A DNA stretch of 20,000 bases. It comes from an uncultured virus (IMG/VR IMGVR_UViG_3300006899_000004). Taxonomy: Duplodnaviria; Heunggongvirae; Uroviricota; Caudoviricetes. This document shows positions 15,575 to 20,000 of this stretch, piece by piece. The stretch lies in IMG/VR virus record IMGVR_UViG_3300006899_000004, one strand, 5' to 3'. Under the pieces are notes generated by a model. It had not been told where the DNA came from and searched no databases. It worked only from the letters and a program-made list of their open reading frames with translations. Numbering within the stretch: the stretch's first letter is position 1; the number at the start of each line of letters is the position of its first letter. The position numbers were made by a program, and so were the translations under genes.

Positions 15575-15888
15575 TGCTGATCCCAGGATCACTGATCTTC
15601 GTAGGTACAGATATACACAATACTCTCAACACTCCCGTGCTTGTCGTGGAGCGAAGAGATCCCCCAATCGAACTCAAATCAGATTCACTGCGATTTAAGT
15701 TATCGTACTATGCCGCAACTGACCCAGAACGGTGGCAGTACTCTAATCTCATCACAGTTACGCTGTACTTTCTGTACGACAGAGAGACATTCAAGCTCAC
15801 AGTACTAAAGTCAATAGAACACAACCGCGTAGACAAAATTTCAGCTTATTTGTTTGACGGACGCTACGTTCTTCGATACGAGAGTTAA
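15574..15888 (+). CDS. PGD-motif array gene 15 (close paralog of gene 13)
   Basis: LIPGSLIF...RWQYSNLITVTLYFL...KLTVLKSIEH. Confidence 0.8.
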   Translation: MLIPGSLIFVGTDIHNTLNTPVLVVERRDPPIELKSDSLRFKLSYYAATDPERWQYSNLITVTLYFLYDRETFKLTVLKSIEHNRVDKISAYLFDGRYVLRYES

Positions 15889-15903
15889 AATCTTGAGTGA
15901 GTC

Positions 15904-16188
15904 ATGCTTAAACTCGGTGATTTGGTCAAGATAGACAATATCGGTCTGAAAGAAGAAGCACTTGTCTTAGCATTGGGCACGGTGCCAGAAAGATTAAAAC
16001 CATTTGTCTCAAACATCAATTACAGTGAGTGTTGGCACTTTCCTAACCTCATAACTGCGACACTGTATTGTCTGAACAGCACGAGGACTATCAAGTTGAT
16101 AGTTAAAAAAACGTTCTTCCCGTACCGTGAAGACCCTAACGCGATCGTTCTAGATCACTATAACATTCTGCAGGAGTACGAAGAGTGA
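15904..16188 (+). CDS. PGD-motif array gene 16
   Basis: LKLGDLVK...ALVLAL...WHFPNLITATLYCL. Confidence 0.8.
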   Translation: MLKLGDLVKIDNIGLKEEALVLALGTVPERLKPFVSNINYSECWHFPNLITATLYCLNSTRTIKLIVKKTFFPYREDPNAIVLDHYNILQEYEE

Positions 16189-16473
16189 AGAAGGTTGTGG
16201 GTGACTCATGCTTAAAACCAGGTGACTTGGTCAAGATACACAACCTCTTCATAAAAGACACTGCAGTTATCATAGCGTTAAATGACAATGCGCCGAGCGA
16301 AACAGTGATATTGAAGTTGTACTGTTTAAATGCAATGATGAATGCCAGCGTGACAGTAAAACGATCGTCCGCTGCGCGAAGAGACGACAGTGTGATCTTT
16401 CTCGCGAGCTCTGACATTCTGACAACAATGTACTCATGGTCGCTATAGCGCTCTGGGGAAGTACGAAGAGTGA
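16185..16473 (+). pseudogene. PGD-motif array gene 17, frame-disrupted paralog of gene 16
   Basis: ORF 16185..16448 has LKPGDLVK. The ATG at 16208 homologous to gene 16's start is out of frame (extra A), and the homologous C-terminus (GRYSALGKYEE*, stop at 16473) is in a third frame. Confidence 0.55.
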
Positions 16474-16561
16474 AGATACACATTTCGCGAGCTCGAACGC
16501 GAAAAATTCTGACTCTCTGAGACTCAACTCTCTCTGGGTGCTCTCTGTGCAGTTCTAAGCT

Positions 16562-16921
16562 AGAAGTATTAGCTTTTGCTGCTAGTCGAACACTGTGTTC
16601 TGCAGTCTTTCTTGACCCAATTGCACACAGATGTTCAGGAGTGCAAATCTATGCAGAAGTATACCCTTGCACCGGGGTCGAACGCTGCAAATCGACAGCT
16701 CTCGAGACACAATTCAACACAGATGCATCTCGTTGCAATAATGAGCAGAAGTATTAGCTTTTGCTGCTAGTCGAACACTGTGTTGCGCTGTCTCTAAGCA
16801 CTCAAAGCAGCACAGACGCTCTTGAGAACAAGTTGTGTCTAAAGTATAAGCTTTTGCTGCTAGCAGAGTCGCTGTGCACTACGCGCAGCACTCGACACTG
16901 AGTCGCGCTGAGTTTGTTGAC
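16562..16921. repeat. Four degenerate ~93-bp tandem repeats
   Basis: Units start at 16562, 16655, 16747, 16840. Units 1 and 3 share an identical 38-mer AGAAGTATTAGCTTTTGCTGCTAGTCGAACACTGTGTT; AAGTAT opens all four, and GTCGAAC.CTG and CACAGA recur in register in units 1-3. Confidence 0.85.
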
Positions 16922-16974
16922 AAAGTATTTTCAATTTATTTTCAGTCAAAAAGTATTTTGAATTTATTTTCAGT
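16922..16974. repeat. AT-rich 25-bp duplicate, 28-bp period
   Basis: AAAGTATTTT(C/G)AATTTATTTTCAGT at 16922 and 16950. Confidence 0.85.
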
Positions 16975-17170
16975 TGAGTGCACTTTTTTTGCGAAAAGCA
17001 GTCCCCTCATCCATACTTAAATTGTGACACTCTCTGGTGCGCTCTCTCACAAACATATCAGAGCACACAGACGTTATCTAGACCAAATCAAATCATAAAC
17101 TCCCCCTCGAGTGCACAGAGAGACTCCCCTTCTGTGCGCTGAGTCACTAGCTAAGTATCCACTCACTCAA

Positions 17171-17199
17171 GTGAATTGTTCGCTCTTCTGTGGTATGTT
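17171..17199 (+). promoter_or_regulatory. Recurrent promoter motif, probably leaderless
   Basis: GTGAAT-N17-TATGTT; ATG at 17205. Confidence 0.7.
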
Positions 17200-17204
17200 G
17201 TCTC

Positions 17205-17498
17205 ATGTGGACTTCCGAACTCCTGAGACCGGGCGACATCATCGTTCACAAGTCAGAAATTGTCATGATCTGGGAGATCGTTGAGACAGATCGTACAAGC
17301 AACGTCACCAAACAGACATGCACGATCTGTTCACTCACTGGTTACTCCAACCTTCACTGTTTTTTTACCACGAAGTTCATCGATTTTCGGTACACGCCAG
17401 ACTTTCTCCCGTCTGAAGTGGAACTCCACTCTATCAAAGAGGGATCTAGAGTCTTTGTGGTTGGAGTCTATGTTGACGGAGCCATTGTACATGACTGA
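17205..17498 (+). CDS. PGD-motif array gene 18
   Basis: MWTSELLRPGDIIV...KEGSRVF. Confidence 0.8.
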   Translation: MWTSELLRPGDIIVHKSEIVMIWEIVETDRTSNVTKQTCTICSLTGYSNLHCFFTTKFIDFRYTPDFLPSEVELHSIKEGSRVFVVGVYVDGAIVHD

Positions 17499-17506
17499 GG
17501 CGCGAG

Positions 17507-17793
17507 ATGTGGACTTCTGAACCTTTTAGACCGGGTGACTTGATCTTCAAAGACGGTTTTTTGTTGTTATGGTCTTGAAGATCGATAGAACAGAGCTCGC
17601 AGACAGACTTAACTTGTCGTACGTGCAAGAGTGCAGGCTACAACTTCTCACTGGCGAGCACGTTCCTCACGTCTTCACCCAAAAGTGTGCTTGTTTTTGG
17701 TACTCTCCGCGGTTGCTTGACTGTGAAGCTGATATCTCGATCCTCCAAGAGGGATCTCGGATCTTTAAGTCCAACTGGAACATAGCGTTTTGA
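17507..17793 (+). pseudogene. PGD-motif array gene 19, single frameshift
   Basis: MWTSEPFRPGDLIFKDG joins ORF 17569..17793 (...QEGSRIF) by a -1 shift at T6 (17557-17562). Confidence 0.7.
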
Positions 17794-17808
17794 GAAGGAG
17801 TTAAAGCA

Positions 17809-18170
17809 GTGTGGATCACAGAGCCTGCAAGAGCAAGAGACATTCTGATCAGTGACCAGGTGGATCACGACAGCTATTTCTTTCTCGCCATAGTCTTGAG
17901 TGTTGTCCGCGCGGAACTCATGGATAACATCGCTCTGTACAGGCAAGTCTGCAGAGTGCAGGTGGTGGGCTCTGAGTTTGTTCCTGTCTTCTTTGAGAAA
18001 GATCATTTGTTTCTCCCCAAAAACTCACGCTCAACGAGTATGTCTGTCACATGTGGTACACAGAAGACCCTTCACAGAGAGACAACGTTCGTCACCTTAA
18101 ACACTTCTATCCGATCTCTGAGACTAAAGAGGGATCTCGGATCTTTAAGCTCAAGAAACACGGGTCCTGA
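17809..18170 (+). pseudogene. PGD-motif array gene 20, single frameshift
   Basis: MWITEPARARDILI...AIVLSV. The family-like C-terminus (NEYVCHMWY...KEGSRIFKLKKHGS*) is in the -1 frame; likely shift at C4A5 (18015-18023). Confidence 0.7.
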
Positions 18171-18185
18171 ACGAGAGAGCAGACA

Positions 18186-18578
18186 GTGTTTGCCCTAGAT
18201 GAACTCAAAGTCGGAGATGTTCTTGTTTTTTCCCAGCGCGAGAGAGAGCAGGAGACTCTGCGATCATCCGAGATCCCACAGTCCTGTGTGACTGTGATCT
18301 TGAAGATCGTCAGCGCAGAGAGAATCTCATTTCACATGGTGAAACAAAAGTGCATGCTGCAGATGTTATCCTCTGTCGGAGAATCTGGATCGATCATTTA
18401 CTTGCCAGATCTCTCGAATCGAACTTTGTCGCCCAGGAACGAATTTTATGCTAATTTTGTGTATTACCTCCCAGAGTATTTCACCCTCAGCCCAGAGTTG
18501 AGATCACAGATCAAACAATATGTTCATCTCCAGCCCGCGGCTGAGGGATCTCGGATCTTTGTCGCAACAAAAAGATGA
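18186..18578 (+). CDS. PGD-motif array gene 21
   Basis: LKVGDVLV...TVILKI...AEGSRIF. Confidence 0.8.
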   Translation: MFALDELKVGDVLVFSQREREQETLRSSEIPQSCVTVILKIVSAERISFHMVKQKCMLQMLSSVGESGSIIYLPDLSNRTLSPRNEFYANFVYYLPEYFTLSPELRSQIKQYVHLQPAAEGSRIFVATKR

Positions 18579-18838
18579 AGAAGACCAGATTGACCCCCGG
18601 TGATTTGGTTGTTCTCACGCTTCCTGGAGCCTCATTTATGAGCGGAATCGCTATCGTCTTGTCCGCAGGCGAACTGTGCACCTTCCGAGGACGTTCTATG
18701 ATGCAGCAGTGCAAGCTGTTTGTCTTTGAGAAGAACTGTTACGAGTTCAAGGTCTACTCTCTGTCAGACACTGTCTATCTGCGCCCCCGTGAGCTCGCCG
18801 TCGTAGACAACAAGATCTTTAAAATCAAGTTCACATGA
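18575..18838 (+). CDS. PGD-motif array gene 22
   Basis: LTPGDLVV...AIVLS. Confidence 0.8.
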   Translation: MKKTRLTPGDLVVLTLPGASFMSGIAIVLSAGELCTFRGRSMMQQCKLFVFEKNCYEFKVYSLSDTVYLRPRELAVVDNKIFKIKFT

Positions 18839-19107
18839 GACCCACAAGACAACACAAAGATCTCTGTCTTGGTGACATTCTGATTGCTGCGAACATTTCG
18901 TACCTTATCATTGAAGTCAAAAAGACATGGATTCCTTCTCGTCCCGAGTGGACGGGTGTTAAAGGAATGATCATCGTGTCTTCATCCAACGTTCCAGAGT
19001 TATCAGTCTTTGCAACAAAGAACATGATTGTCGCACCGCAAGACCTAATCTTTGAAGCTAAAGACGGAAGATCCAAGATCTGGCTCTTGAGACCAAATTA
19101 CAAATAG
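18835..19107 (+). CDS. PGD-motif array gene 23
   Basis: LCLGDILI...YLIIEV. Confidence 0.8.
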   Translation: MRPTRQHKDLCLGDILIAANISYLIIEVKKTWIPSRPEWTGVKGMIIVSSSNVPELSVFATKNMIVAPQDLIFEAKDGRSKIWLLRPNYK

Positions 19108-19109
19108 AA

Positions 19110-19421
19110 ATGAAACACGAACTTGCTCCCGGCGACATCATAGTCTATGTTTACAATCGAACTTACCCAGTTCAGGTTGCAGTTGTCACAAACATCACTG
19201 TGCCTGACTTTCCAAACATACACAATCACAAAAGTGCTATGGTGCAAGTTCTGCTTGCGTGCAAGTTAAATGACATGCCCAAAGACAGCAAATGGAATCT
19301 AGAAAACAACAGTTATCCGACAGTGAGAAAGTATGTCTTCCCGTTAGAGCGTCTAGAGTTAAAGTTTATCTTTGGACGCACGAAGATCTTCTTCTATGAC
19401 CCGGAGTTTTACAAAAAGTGA
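19110..19421 (+). CDS. PGD-motif array gene 24
   Basis: LAPGDIIV...AVVTNI. Confidence 0.8.
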   Translation: MKHELAPGDIIVYVYNRTYPVQVAVVTNITVPDFPNIHNHKSAMVQVLLACKLNDMPKDSKWNLENNSYPTVRKYVFPLERLELKFIFGRTKIFFYDPEFYKK

Positions 19422-19696
19422 TCACTAAACTGATAAACCCGGGTGATTTTATCGTGGAAAGTTATGATAACGTACACCCGGTGAGCGTACTGTTAGTTCT
19501 AAACGTAGAATTCACTTTAGGTGGGTACGTGTACATACAACATTTGTTTCTCTGCTCGCTTCTCTCTAGTTCTAAATTCAGTTATTCCACGCCTCGAGGT
19601 CCTGTTCAGGATACCTTTGTAGTAAGCAATTTGACGTGTAAGACACTGACGAAACAACAAAAGATCTTCCTCTATAACATAGAGGTACTAAAGTGA
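19418..19696 (+). CDS. PGD-motif array gene 25
   Basis: INPGDFIV...LLVLNV. Confidence 0.8.
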   Translation: MITKLINPGDFIVESYDNVHPVSVLLVLNVEFTLGGYVYIQHLFLCSLLSSSKFSYSTPRGPVQDTFVVSNLTCKTLTKQQKIFLYNIEVLK

Positions 19697-19935
19697 TCTC
19701 TCCGGGAAACATAGTTCTGTTTCAGTATTCTAATAACTACGATCCAAGATCTGTGATAGAGCAAATTGGTGTTGTCATACGTGTATATGGTGATACTACC
19801 ACGTGGTATTTTAAGGCTAAATTGTTAGTCGTTGAGTGGAAAAGTGACCACAAACACGTTAAAGAGTGTTATTTGTTGTACAACTCGTTAGCCACCACAT
19901 ATCCCAATGTATTCACGTATTACGCAGAAAGATAG
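19693..19935 (+). CDS. PGD-motif array gene 26
   Basis: ISPGNIVL...GVVIRV. Confidence 0.8.
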   Translation: MISPGNIVLFQYSNNYDPRSVIEQIGVVIRVYGDTTTWYFKAKLLVVEWKSDHKHVKECYLLYNSLATTYPNVFTYYAER

Positions 19936-19940
19936 TTTAC

Positions 19941-20000
19941 ATGGAACACAACACAGTGCGTCCAGGTGACATCATCTTTTTCCACCGACGATATACATAC
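19941..20000 (+). CDS. PGD-motif array gene 27, 3'-truncated by window end
   Basis: MEHNTVRPGDIIFFHRRYTY. Confidence 0.7.
   Translation, partial: MEHNTVRPGDIIFFHRRYTY

Noticed and set aside
14977..16476. Diversity-generating retroelement TR/VR pairs
   Set aside because: Differences between paralogous segments are not confined to adenines, and no reverse transcriptase is in the window.
16562..16863. CRISPR array (identical 38-bp repeats)
   Set aside because: Only two exact copies, 185 bp apart; the intervening sequences are themselves homologous on a 93-bp period; no cas genes in the window.
11210..20000. Integron cassette array
   Set aside because: Genes overlap or abut, leaving no room for attC sites; no integrase; the genes are paralogs rather than unrelated cassettes.

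Overview
The window looks like part of a large (jumbo-type) bacteriophage genome, probably infecting a high-GC host (inference: dense small hypothetical ORFs, a lone tRNA-Lys(TTT), a stand-alone RadA/Sms-type ATPase and a MoxR-like AAA+ ATPase, mosaic GC, no core housekeeping operons). The left half (1-11.2 kb) holds short transcription units driven by a recurrent promoter, GTG(T/A/C)A(A/C/T)-N17-TAnnnT, found 11 times and often leaderless, with clean intrinsic terminators. It also has three paralogous KOW/SH3-motif proteins, two long perfect inverted repeats, a high-GC gene bracketed by interlocking direct repeats (a gene-capture footprint), and a very basic 255-aa protein followed by a multi-hairpin candidate ncRNA. 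The right half (11.2-20 kb) is a tandem array of at least 27 co-oriented, highly divergent ~75-130 aa paralogs sharing an N-terminal 'LxPGD-hydrophobic' KOW/SH3-like motif. The array is split into two blocks by a non-coding region of ~93-bp degenerate tandem repeats plus an AT-rich duplicate. Several genes carry single-base frameshifts in homopolymer runs, which may be sequencing errors.
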